Positions 37,807 through 45,901 of a DNA stretch of 52,987 nt are shown in pieces; position 1 is the stretch's first letter, and each line of letters begins with the position of its first letter. Source of the stretch: a virus (taxonomy: Duplodnaviria; Caudoviricetes); IMG/VR virus record IMGVR_UViG_3300018080_000028, positions 1 through 52,987 of that record. One strand, written 5' to 3'. Under the pieces are notes generated by a model that did not search any database, was not told the DNA's origin, and worked only from the letters and a program-made list of their open reading frames with translations. The position numbers were made by a program, and so were the translations under genes.

Positions 37807-38015
37807 ATTGTCCAAAATGTTTGAGTTGGCGGGTTGTCAGCAAATCGCACTTCGATGACCGTTTACGCAAAGATATTCCGGTTAACAGGCAGATGCCGGA
37901 CACGCTGGTTACGGGGTGGAGGGCGATGTGCCTCAACTGTGGTTATCGCTGGAACGTGGCTGCAACAAAGGGGACGTATCCTGTCGAAAACGCCACTACC
38001 GATAAGGAGACATAA
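37803..38015 (+). CDS. Small Zn-ribbon protein
   Basis: CPKC...CLNC; ATGA and TAATG coupling. Confidence 0.65.
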   Translation: MNCPKCLSWRVVSKSHFDDRLRKDIPVNRQMPDTLVTGWRAMCLNCGYRWNVAATKGTYPVENATTDKET

Positions 38016-39028
38016 TGTATTGTATGCGTTGCGGGGAATTACTTACTCCGCAGGACAACGGCAGATTCTGGTGTGCTAAGTGTGACCGTTTTTACCTGCC
38101 GGAAGAACACGAGTTGTTAAAACCATATCAGCATACGGCTCCTGTCGAAGATGCCACCACTGACCTTGCAGTTTTGGACGATGATGAATTTGAACATATT
38201 TTAGCGTTGGAAAGAACGCTGCAACCGTTGCATCGCAAATTTCTTAATGAGTACCTGCGCCATTTTAACCGGTCAAAAGCAGCCAGGTCTGTTGGTTTTG
38301 ACATCGGCACCGGCTACAGGGTGCTCAATCGACCGGATGTTCGTAAAATTGTGAGTTTTTACCTTGAACGGGACCTGCTCAGCGCCCGTGAAACAATGCG
38401 TGAACTGGGGGATATTGCGCAGAATGCAACACTGGAAGAGGCGTTCGATTCTAATGGCGATTTTGATTTTCGGCTTGCCCGTGACAATGGTGTGGCGCGA
38501 TTTATACAACGTGTTCGTTTTGATGGCAAAACCGGCCAGGTGATCGAAGTGGCAATGCTCGATCGCACTAAAGCTCTGGCGGTGATGGCAAAGGCCCATG
38601 GGCTGTACGATCATAGAAAGGAAGCGGATTGGCGTGGAGAACTTAAAAAAGCTGGAATCGACGAAAAAAACGTCCTCACAGCCCTCGTCCAGTTCCTGGT
38701 CAACAAGCAGCTTGAACGAAATGCTGGAGAAGCTGGAACCGGAAGTGCGCGGGTCGTTGTCGGAGAAGGCAATTCACAGCCTGTTGAGCGAAGCGGTGGA
38801 ACAGTCGCGGCAACAGATGGAGGTGATAGAGGCCGAAGGGTTGAAAGATTACCAGCCCTACGGAGCAGCGAAGAGTATCCAACAATGCCAACACGACGAG
38901 ATTCTGATCTGGGGTCCGGCGGGGACCGGCAAAAGTCTGGCCTGCCTGAAAAAAGTTCACAATCTGATGGTGAGTTATCCGGGGGCGAGAGCGCTGGTAG
39001 TGCGCCAGACCAGGACATCCCTTTCTGA
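38015..39028 (+). CDS. terS: Terminase small subunit with N-terminal Zn ribbon and long overlapping tail
   Basis: RKFLNEYLRHFNRSKAARSVGF HTH, ELGDIA and DRTKALAVMAKAHG motifs; upstream of terL. Confidence 0.85.
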   Translation: MYCMRCGELLTPQDNGRFWCAKCDRFYLPEEHELLKPYQHTAPVEDATTDLAVLDDDEFEHILALERTLQPLHRKFLNEYLRHFNRSKAARSVGFDIGTGYRVLNRPDVRKIVSFYLERDLLSARETMRELGDIAQNATLEEAFDSNGDFDFRLARDNGVARFIQRVRFDGKTGQVIEVAMLDRTKALAVMAKAHGLYDHRKEADWRGELKKAGIDEKNVLTALVQFLVNKQLERNAGEAGTGSARVVVGEGNSQPVERSGGTVAATDGGDRGRRVERLPALRSSEEYPTMPTRRDSDLGSGGDRQKSGLPEKSSQSDGELSGGESAGSAPDQDIPF

Positions 39029-40157
39029 CACCGGACTGGTCACTTTTGAACGTCATGTGCTTGGCGAGTCTTCACCGATTGTTGGCAACCTGAAACGTAT
39101 CAATCGCCATTCCTACCATTATCCCAATGGTTCAGAGATTGTGATTGGCGGTCTCGACAAACCATCCAGGATTATGTCGGGTGAATACGACATCATTTAT
39201 ATCATGGAAGCCACTGAAATCTCTATTGAGGCGTGGGAGATGCTGTCTACAAGGTTGCGTAATCAGGTTGTTCCTTACCAGCAACTGCTGGCGGACTGTA
39301 ATCCTTCCCATCCCAATCACTGGCTGCGCAAAAGATTCCTCGACGGAACGTTGACCGCTTTTGAAAGCAAACACAAAGACAATCCTCTCCTGTACGACCG
39401 CGATGGCGAACTAACGGAATTCGGCGAAACCTATATGGGGAAACTGTACAAACTGACCGGGCACCGCAAACAGCGTCTTTTGTACGGGAAATGGGCGCTG
39501 GCGGAAGGCGTGGTTTTTGACCAGTTTAATGAATTGATACACCACATCGAACCGTTTACCATTCCGCGCAACTGGCCCCGCTTTTTGAGTATCGACTTCG
39601 GCTATCGCAACCCGTTCTGCTGCGGCTGGTGGGCGGTCTCGCCGGAAGATGTTTTGTATCTGTACCGTGAAATTTATATGCGCGGCAGACTGGTGCGCCT
39701 GCACGCTGAACAGATTATGGATTTGTCGGCCAAAGAAAAAATCCAGTTCGCGGTCTGTGATCATGATGCCGAAGGACGTGATGTGTTCACCAGTATCACC
39801 GGTATTCGCACCGTCGCGGCGCAAAAATCGATCAATGACGGCATCCAGGAGGTGCAATACCGTCTCGACCCGTTTGATGCGCCCACTCCTAAAATATTCT
39901 TTTTTAAAGGAGCGCTGGCCGAAACCGACCACGGTCTCGCGGAAAATATGCTGCCAACCTGTACCGTGGAAGAGTTTGGCGCGTATGTCTGGCGGCAAGA
40001 CCTCGACGGTCGCACCAACAAAGAAGAACCAATCGACGATTTTAACCATGGTATGGATATGATGCGTTATGCAGTTATGCAAATGTATAAAGGACGCAGA
40101 GTGCATGTGATGACCTACCCGCAGTTTTTGCAAAAGGTGAAAGGAGTTGTGGCATGA
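38721..40157 (+). CDS. terL: Terminase large subunit
   Basis: Walker A GPAGTGKS, Walker B IYIMEA, motif III DCNP, nuclease SIDFG and NHGMDMMRY. The start is uncertain. Confidence 0.95.
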   Translation: MLEKLEPEVRGSLSEKAIHSLLSEAVEQSRQQMEVIEAEGLKDYQPYGAAKSIQQCQHDEILIWGPAGTGKSLACLKKVHNLMVSYPGARALVVRQTRTSLSDTGLVTFERHVLGESSPIVGNLKRINRHSYHYPNGSEIVIGGLDKPSRIMSGEYDIIYIMEATEISIEAWEMLSTRLRNQVVPYQQLLADCNPSHPNHWLRKRFLDGTLTAFESKHKDNPLLYDRDGELTEFGETYMGKLYKLTGHRKQRLLYGKWALAEGVVFDQFNELIHHIEPFTIPRNWPRFLSIDFGYRNPFCCGWWAVSPEDVLYLYREIYMRGRLVRLHAEQIMDLSAKEKIQFAVCDHDAEGRDVFTSITGIRTVAAQKSINDGIQEVQYRLDPFDAPTPKIFFFKGALAETDHGLAENMLPTCTVEEFGAYVWRQDLDGRTNKEEPIDDFNHGMDMMRYAVMQMYKGRRVHVMTYPQFLQKVKGVVA

Positions 40158-40237
40158 AAGGTTGTGCAAGGTTGTTTAAGTGGCTGCTCTGGATAACGCT
40201 GGCCCTGATCGCGCTGGAACTGTTGCTTAAACTTTAA
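40154..40237 (+). CDS. 27-aa single-pass membrane peptide
   Basis: AAGGAG SD; ATGA overlap with the terL stop; MKGCARLFKWLLWITLALIALELLLKL. Confidence 0.55.
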   Translation: MKGCARLFKWLLWITLALIALELLLKL

Positions 40238-41300
40238 CCCATAAATTTAATGGGCGTTTCAGTCCAGGTTCGGTGCGTTCCAACTTGAACCCGATTCGCC
40301 AGTAAAACCCGTTGGAAAAGTTGTCTACCGGGCATTTTAATCTGATTGGCGGCGGAATGGAATTGATCAGGCTGCTTCCGATGTTCTGTCCTGTGTGGTG
40401 TGGATGAACTGCAATTTCGTAAATTGTGCTCCAACCGTCCAGCCTTTGATGCCAGTTGCAAAAACCAACTGTTCGATGCCCGTAGTTGGCAACATACAAC
40501 TCGCGCTTTTTGATACCACTCCGAAGTGATGGATATGTCACATACCCAAGTTCATTGTTGTAAAAATGTGCTAACTTTTTTATGGCGATTATGTCTTCCT
40601 CAACCGCCCATCTGATGCCAGTCGGACAACCGTTCCAGGCGGCTTGAATGTTGATGCACGACAATTCAAACGCCATATAAGGGGCATCGCGGGAGATGTT
40701 CCCATAAACTGATTCCTTTAACTGCGGCCAGAACCTGTTTTTGGACCATCTTGCCGTACCACCCGCCCAAAAAAACTGGTTGCGGGATGTTGCCATTTTC
40801 ATCGCATAGTTGCCGTCTGCGCTTTTCACATCCATGTATCTGGCCAGCTCCATCTGTTTTTGTGGACTGCCGCCTAAAAGATGTACCGGCCAACCGGCAA
40901 AATCCCATAATGGCAGCGAGGTCCCGGCGTACCCTGTCGGAACGCTGTAACCCAACCTGATCTGTTTTCTGCCAATCTCGCGCGGAATTTGGGATATAAT
41001 GCCCTGAACTTTTGGGATAATTATGATTGCCTCTTTTACAAACGGGGCTGCTTCTGTGCCCCAAGCCAGCACCTGCTCCAACTGGTTCTCGTTTTCTAAA
41101 TCCAAAACAGTTGCCAGGTCAGGTTCGTGTTGCGCCAGCGCAGATATATATTTGTTTTTGTCCGGGTTACGCCAGTCCTGGTCGATAAAAGATGGTGGAT
41201 AATATATTGTGTTCGGCATCTGAGCACCATAACTAAAACTATGTCGAAGGGCTATTTCGGCAAATCTGCGATTTCCTGCTGCACAGTAAATCAGGCGCAT
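40227..41300 (-). CDS. DUF6610-like / TGT-like barrel fused to a GNAT acetyltransferase
   Basis: FIDQDW, IIPK, LGYSVPT, VHLLGGSP and VKSADGN; C-terminal YEIAVHPHHTGQNIGSSL and SNGFYWRIGF GNAT motifs. Confidence 0.75.
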   Translation of the reverse strand: MRLIYCAAGNRRFAEIALRHSFSYGAQMPNTIYYPPSFIDQDWRNPDKNKYISALAQHEPDLATVLDLENENQLEQVLAWGTEAAPFVKEAIIIIPKVQGIISQIPREIGRKQIRLGYSVPTGYAGTSLPLWDFAGWPVHLLGGSPQKQMELARYMDVKSADGNYAMKMATSRNQFFWAGGTARWSKNRFWPQLKESVYGNISRDAPYMAFELSCINIQAAWNGCPTGIRWAVEEDIIAIKKLAHFYNNELGYVTYPSLRSGIKKRELYVANYGHRTVGFCNWHQRLDGWSTIYEIAVHPHHTGQNIGSSLINSIPPPIRLKCPVDNFSNGFYWRIGFKLERTEPGLKRPLNLWVKV

Positions 41301-41305
41301 GGGGT

Positions 41306-42292
41306 CTAATATGGCAAAAACAGGCTGTGAGATGCCTGTTCCATCTTTTTGTCTCCGCGTTTGTCGTAACGCATGGTGGTGTCTACCGAGGAATGACCGG
41401 CCATTCTTGCGACTGTGATAGCGTCGATCTCTTCTAGCATCAACGAAACAAACGTGTGACGAAGATCGTGGGGAGAAAATTGTTGGATTCCGGCTTGTTT
41501 TGCGCGATCTTTTGTCATGTTGTAAACGGATTGCGCCGATAACCTGCGCCATTCAATTCGCCCGCCGCGCCTCACAGGTAAAAACAGCGGACCGTTACCG
41601 GGCATCGGTTGAAACTCATCGTCACGCGCTTTGGAATGAATGATGGCTTCAGTGCGAAAACTTAACCAGTCCTTAAGCGGTTTTTCAGCGCCGCCAACAA
41701 AAGTTTTTCGTTCTTTGTTGCCTTTGCCGTGTTTGATCCGCAACTCGCCGGAACCTTCAGAATAATCTGCCCAGTTTAAGTTCACAAGCTCGTCGCGCCG
41801 CAACCCGCAGATGTACATGATGCCGAGCATGGCTGCGTCACGAACACCTTTGTGCTGGTTCTGGTCTGCTTTGCAGGTGTCCATCAGCGCTTTTATTTCA
41901 CCTATCTCCAGCTTGCGTCCGGCGGGCAACCTCTCGTCACGAACTCCCGTTACGGCGGCGAGCCTGTGATAACTCTCCGAGTTGGACTGGCCGAGTAGCC
42001 ACGCCTGTTTACAAACGCTGCGCAAAAAAGATAGTTCGCGGTTGATGGTCGCCGGAGCGTATCCCGCTTTTTCAAGCCATGCTCTCACCATGACGGCGTG
42101 CTGGTATTCTAACGATCCCCAATCAATTTCTTCCGGGTTGTTATTCCTGCCGCTGGTTAAAATGTCGGACAGTTTGATCAAACTGTCGCGGGCAATCCGC
42201 CGCGAGCTGGTTGACAGCGTAGCGAGATATACCAGATAGGCGTTGTCGCTGAGCGATTTTTCTGGCTTTTTAGTTAAATTGCTGGTACTCAT
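41306..42292 (-). CDS. Tyrosine recombinase (Cre/Xer-like, no arm-binding domain)
   Basis: Catalytic GLRRDE, HGKGNKER, PHDLRHT and MAGH...TTMRY; 328 aa. Confidence 0.95.
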   Translation of the reverse strand: MSTSNLTKKPEKSLSDNAYLVYLATLSTSSRRIARDSLIKLSDILTSGRNNNPEEIDWGSLEYQHAVMVRAWLEKAGYAPATINRELSFLRSVCKQAWLLGQSNSESYHRLAAVTGVRDERLPAGRKLEIGEIKALMDTCKADQNQHKGVRDAAMLGIMYICGLRRDELVNLNWADYSEGSGELRIKHGKGNKERKTFVGGAEKPLKDWLSFRTEAIIHSKARDDEFQPMPGNGPLFLPVRRGGRIEWRRLSAQSVYNMTKDRAKQAGIQQFSPHDLRHTFVSLMLEEIDAITVARMAGHSSVDTTMRYDKRGDKKMEQASHSLFLPY

Positions 42293-42482
42293 AAATGCTC
42301 TCCCTCAATTTACGACCGGCTTCAAGGGCCAGTTTCTCCCGTCCTCTGGTTCTGTCCCACTGGCAGAAACGTAAGTATCTGAATAAAATCATATTCGCCT
42401 GAATGTCGTTTTCCCAGATAGCATCGATTGCCAGCGCCAACCCGTACTGCCTGACAAACTGCACCGCTTCCTGTATGGTCAT
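42270..42482 (-). CDS. Hypothetical protein
   Basis: GAGG SD; ATGA coupling. Confidence 0.55.
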   Translation of the reverse strand: MTIQEAVQFVRQYGLALAIDAIWENDIQANMILFRYLRFCQWDRTRGREKLALEAGRKLRESIYEYQQFN

Positions 42483-43066
42483 TTGATTACCTCTATGTAA
42501 TACGGCGGGGCTACTGATCCGGTAAAATAACCGGCTATTTTAAGGGCATTGACTATTCCGCTTGTTGGCGAGCCTATAACTCCGCTGGCAATCGAGTTCT
42601 GTTTAGCCATTGACTGGTAAAACCGCATAACTCCAAGTGCGTATTCGCGCCCCGAACCAAGCGCCTGTAAACCGTCTTCGGTCTGGTGGACCTGAAAATC
42701 ATCGTAAATGGTGAAAAGCTGCCCTTTAAACCCAATCAGGAACCTGCCGTTTTCGCTGATGTTTTCGGTCTGGTTTTCGGTGTGAATGTAACCGTGTTTT
42801 CTGATGGCCTTGCGCAGTTTGGGCACGAATAACTTGCAGAGATATTCTTCCGCCTCAAAAGTGCCGAATGGCGGCGGTTTAAAATTGTACTGTAAAATCT
42901 GAGTCATACGGCCACTGCCGGAAGCACCAACCAGAATCTGCGCGTTTTTGCCGATGAAAAATACCTTTTTGCCTTTTATGGTGCGCGTTTCGTAACCTGC
43001 TGTGGTGCAACTGTCTCCGCCCATGTATACTCTGCCGTCTTCTTCCAGGCCAATGATGCAGGTCAT
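42479..43066 (-). CDS. HslV/proteasome-beta-like Ntn peptidase
   Basis: MTCIIG (N-terminal Thr), MGGDS, KVF, GASG and ALGSG. Confidence 0.85.
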   Translation of the reverse strand: MTCIIGLEEDGRVYMGGDSCTTAGYETRTIKGKKVFFIGKNAQILVGASGSGRMTQILQYNFKPPPFGTFEAEEYLCKLFVPKLRKAIRKHGYIHTENQTENISENGRFLIGFKGQLFTIYDDFQVHQTEDGLQALGSGREYALGVMRFYQSMAKQNSIASGVIGSPTSGIVNALKIAGYFTGSVAPPYYIEVIK

Positions 43067-43791
43067 TTGATTTTTTTACTCCTCTGTTTTTGCCAGCGAA
43101 AACTGCCGTCCGGCTGTTTGACAACACGACCGCGCACAGTTTCACCTGTGACCGGTGATGCAAATGATAGGTTAACGTTGCTGCGTTTTACGTGCAGCTC
43201 TTTAAAAACCTTCAACTCCCGCTTGTGATGCACCCTGTATCTGCGTGCGTCTTTCGGCGGGATAACCGTGTTTACCAGTTTTACGTTTGAACAGTTTAAC
43301 AGGTCCAGAGTGCGTAATGAATACGGCAAAGCCTGTGACAGTAAACTTCCGTATTCGCGGACCAGTTTGTCGATCTTTTTTTGCGAATCGACCATCTCGC
43401 CAAAGTTGATTGGCGAATACAAAGTTAAATTTTGTATGTCCCCAACTACGACTCCGTCTTGATCAACGGTCAGGGTTGTGTACATCGGGTTGACCACGAC
43501 CTGTTTTTTTTGCATCATGGCGTTTTTAATTTTGTATTGTATCCCCGATTTGGATCGCGTGACGTAAAAAAAAGTGCAGGTGTGAAAATCTGCAATTGTG
43601 GAACTGGCCTCAATGACAAAATGATCCGATGGCGGCAACAGGCAGTTAAATTGGGTCGCGTACCAGTCTGGCATTTCTGTGGCCTTGTCGATTTCTTCCA
43701 GCACGTAATCACCAATGATCAACTCGAAAAGCTCTTCGTCGTCCTCCAGGTACTTCTTGCGCAATAACCAGTCAAAAAACCTTTGTGCCAT
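43063..43791 (-). CDS. Hypothetical protein
   Basis: 242 aa in operon. Confidence 0.7.
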   Translation of the reverse strand: MAQRFFDWLLRKKYLEDDEELFELIIGDYVLEEIDKATEMPDWYATQFNCLLPPSDHFVIEASSTIADFHTCTFFYVTRSKSGIQYKIKNAMMQKKQVVVNPMYTTLTVDQDGVVVGDIQNLTLYSPINFGEMVDSQKKIDKLVREYGSLLSQALPYSLRTLDLLNCSNVKLVNTVIPPKDARRYRVHHKRELKVFKELHVKRSNVNLSFASPVTGETVRGRVVKQPDGSFRWQKQRSKKIK

Positions 43792-43804
43792 TTGTCACCG
43801 TTCC

Positions 43805-44008
43805 TTATTTAAAATGATTCGGCCAGAACTGTTTGAGAGACTCCATCGTAAAAAGATACCCGTTTGAACTGCGGCGGTAATGGACATATTCAATCATGGC
43901 GCATCTTTCTACTCGCTCGCGCACCGTGTTGGGATGAACTCCCAGAAGTTTCGCAGCTTCGACTGTCGTCAACACCTGCTGTAATGGGTAATTGCTGTAC
44001 ATATCCAT
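43805..44008 (-). CDS. Excisionase-like HTH protein
   Basis: VLTTVEAAKLLGVHPNTVR (HTH_17/MerR-like). Confidence 0.8.
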   Translation of the reverse strand: MDMYSNYPLQQVLTTVEAAKLLGVHPNTVRERVERCAMIEYVHYRRSSNGYLFTMESLKQFWPNHFK

Positions 44009-44059
44009 GGAATTTCCCTTTTTGTTGATTGGTTTTGAAAATTACCCTTTGCATAAGCT

Positions 44060-44088
44060 ACTTTACCACAAAAATTTGCCGGTTGCAA
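44060..44088 (-). promoter_or_regulatory. Promoter of the - strand island
   Basis: TTGCAA-17-TAAAGT with extended TG. Confidence 0.6.
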
Positions 44089-44230
44089 GCACAGAACCCT
44101 CTCCATGCCTGAGAGGGTCCTGTTTCTTTCCGGGGGTGCGAAAAGATAATCGTATTATAACAGAAATCCTCCGGGCGGAGGATGTCTGTCATTCTGGGAG
44201 ATATATTGCTGCCTTTATTCTAAATTAAAT

Positions 44231-44260
44231 TTGCAATATTAGCAAGACCTGTGTTACAAT
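44231..44260 (+). promoter_or_regulatory. Promoter of the head operon
   Basis: TTGCAA-18-TACAAT with extended TG. Confidence 0.65.
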
Positions 44261-44302
44261 TTGTTGTATCTCCGGGGGTATTACAGAGGGGGAATATCCC
44301 CT

Positions 44303-45901
44303 ATGGTTCGCGCACGTAAACTGGTGCCGTTTACAGACAATGCTGCAACAATCAATCCATCGATTGCTGTTAATATTTTTGATTTGTTTTACGACTCACA
44401 GGAAAAAATCTCCCCGTGGTGGTCTCCGAGACGTGATATCAATCTGCGCGAACTGGTGAAAAAAAGTGATCACCTTTCATCTGCGATGGGCAAGGTTACA
44501 TCTTACGTTGCCAGCACCCCGATTAAAATTAAAGCGAAGGATACCCGCAGCGAACGTTTTGTCCGTAAGGCCGAAGAACTGACTGCGCGGTTGCATACCT
44601 TTTCCGGTGACGGTTTTATGCGCGGGTTTTACCACGCTTTTGTTAAATTCCTTAACGATTATTACACCTGTGACAACGGCGCTCATTGCCTGATTATGGG
44701 ACCGGGATCTGCCAATAAACCTGTTACCGAGGCATGGGGCATTTATCCTCTCGATAGCAATCGTTGTACGCGCACCGGCAATTGGGAATACCCTGTCGTT
44801 TACCGCCATCTCGACAATAAAAAATACAAATTGCATTACACTAAAGTGATCACGATGGAACGGTTAGCGTCAACCCAGGCCGAAATGTTTAACGTCGGGT
44901 TTTCTTCTGTTTCAAGTATTGTTGAAACCATCCTCACCCTGACCGGCATGGAGCACTACCAGCAAGAGCGCGTCGGCAGCAGGTCCCCGAATATTATCGC
45001 CCAGTCCTCATTGCCCGCCGAAAAAATCTTTGAGGCGTTTTATCAGGCTGAGCAGATGGCAATGGCGAAAGGGTTTAAACATTACAATAAAATGGTGGTG
45101 ATCGGCGAGGTCAACAAAGATGAAAGAGTGGAATTTAAACACGTCAATGACGGTGCCGACCAGTTTGACTACCGCATGAAAATAGTGCTGTCGATGTTTA
45201 CGATGTCTCTGGCCTTTGGCGTGGGCGCACGATTGTTGTGGCCTAATTCGGATGTCGGCGCAACAAAAGCTGATGCCATGATCCAGAATTTACAAACCCG
45301 CCACAGCAGCCCCGGACAGATTCTATCTGAATTCACAAACCAGTTGACGTTAAGATATTGCCCCAAAGGATATGAGGCAGCGGCTGATTACCAGGACGAT
45401 GAACAGCGCCTGCTTAACGGGCGTATTTCGGACCTGCACAGCCGCGCCAGAGAACGTGACGGCAAATCAGGTACGTTTTCGATGCGTACCATGCGCCAGC
45501 AGGCGCTTAAGGATGGTTCGATTACGGCTGAACAGTTTGAGTTTGATGAGCTGGAGGACGGGCGTTTGCCGGATGGCAGCGAGGTGTTGAACCTGTTCGT
45601 GCTTGACAACCCCGCCATGCGAGAACTGTTGAACGTTGACGTTGACAACCCGCTGCTCGTTGATGAAAATGACGCTGAGACCGTGTTGAAGGCAATTGAA
45701 CGGCAGATTGTTGTCTGCCGTGAGTTGATCGCCAACGCCCGGAAACGCGAAAAAGAACGCGCTATTTTTGCAAAACACGCCCTGATCGAATTAAAAAAGT
45801 TGTACGCTCCCGAAACGATTGTTGAGGAAGACCCTGACGAAGAATTACCGGAAGAAAATGAGGAAAATGATGAGGAAAACAGCGAAACAGATACTGATTG
45901 A
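44303..45901 (+). CDS. Portal protein
   Basis: 532 aa between terL and the protease; FLNDYYTCDNGA and IYPLDSNRC resemble portal motifs; acidic tail. Confidence 0.8.
   Translation: MVRARKLVPFTDNAATINPSIAVNIFDLFYDSQEKISPWWSPRRDINLRELVKKSDHLSSAMGKVTSYVASTPIKIKAKDTRSERFVRKAEELTARLHTFSGDGFMRGFYHAFVKFLNDYYTCDNGAHCLIMGPGSANKPVTEAWGIYPLDSNRCTRTGNWEYPVVYRHLDNKKYKLHYTKVITMERLASTQAEMFNVGFSSVSSIVETILTLTGMEHYQQERVGSRSPNIIAQSSLPAEKIFEAFYQAEQMAMAKGFKHYNKMVVIGEVNKDERVEFKHVNDGADQFDYRMKIVLSMFTMSLAFGVGARLLWPNSDVGATKADAMIQNLQTRHSSPGQILSEFTNQLTLRYCPKGYEAAADYQDDEQRLLNGRISDLHSRARERDGKSGTFSMRTMRQQALKDGSITAEQFEFDELEDGRLPDGSEVLNLFVLDNPAMRELLNVDVDNPLLVDENDAETVLKAIERQIVVCRELIANARKREKERAIFAKHALIELKKLYAPETIVEEDPDEELPEENEENDEENSETDTD

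Noticed and set aside
38640-38672. terS-terL programmed frameshift at A-runs
   Set aside because: The terL-frame sequence before 38721 looks non-coding (Ser-rich), and the needed shift does not fit a canonical -1 site.
39411-40169. 252-aa antisense ORF within terL and similar shadow ORFs
   Set aside because: Antisense to clear genes, with no SD or motifs.
41301-41552. N-terminal extension of the TGT-like-GNAT ORF
   Set aside because: It overlaps the recombinase catalytic region in another frame; MRLIY at 41300 is the plausible start.
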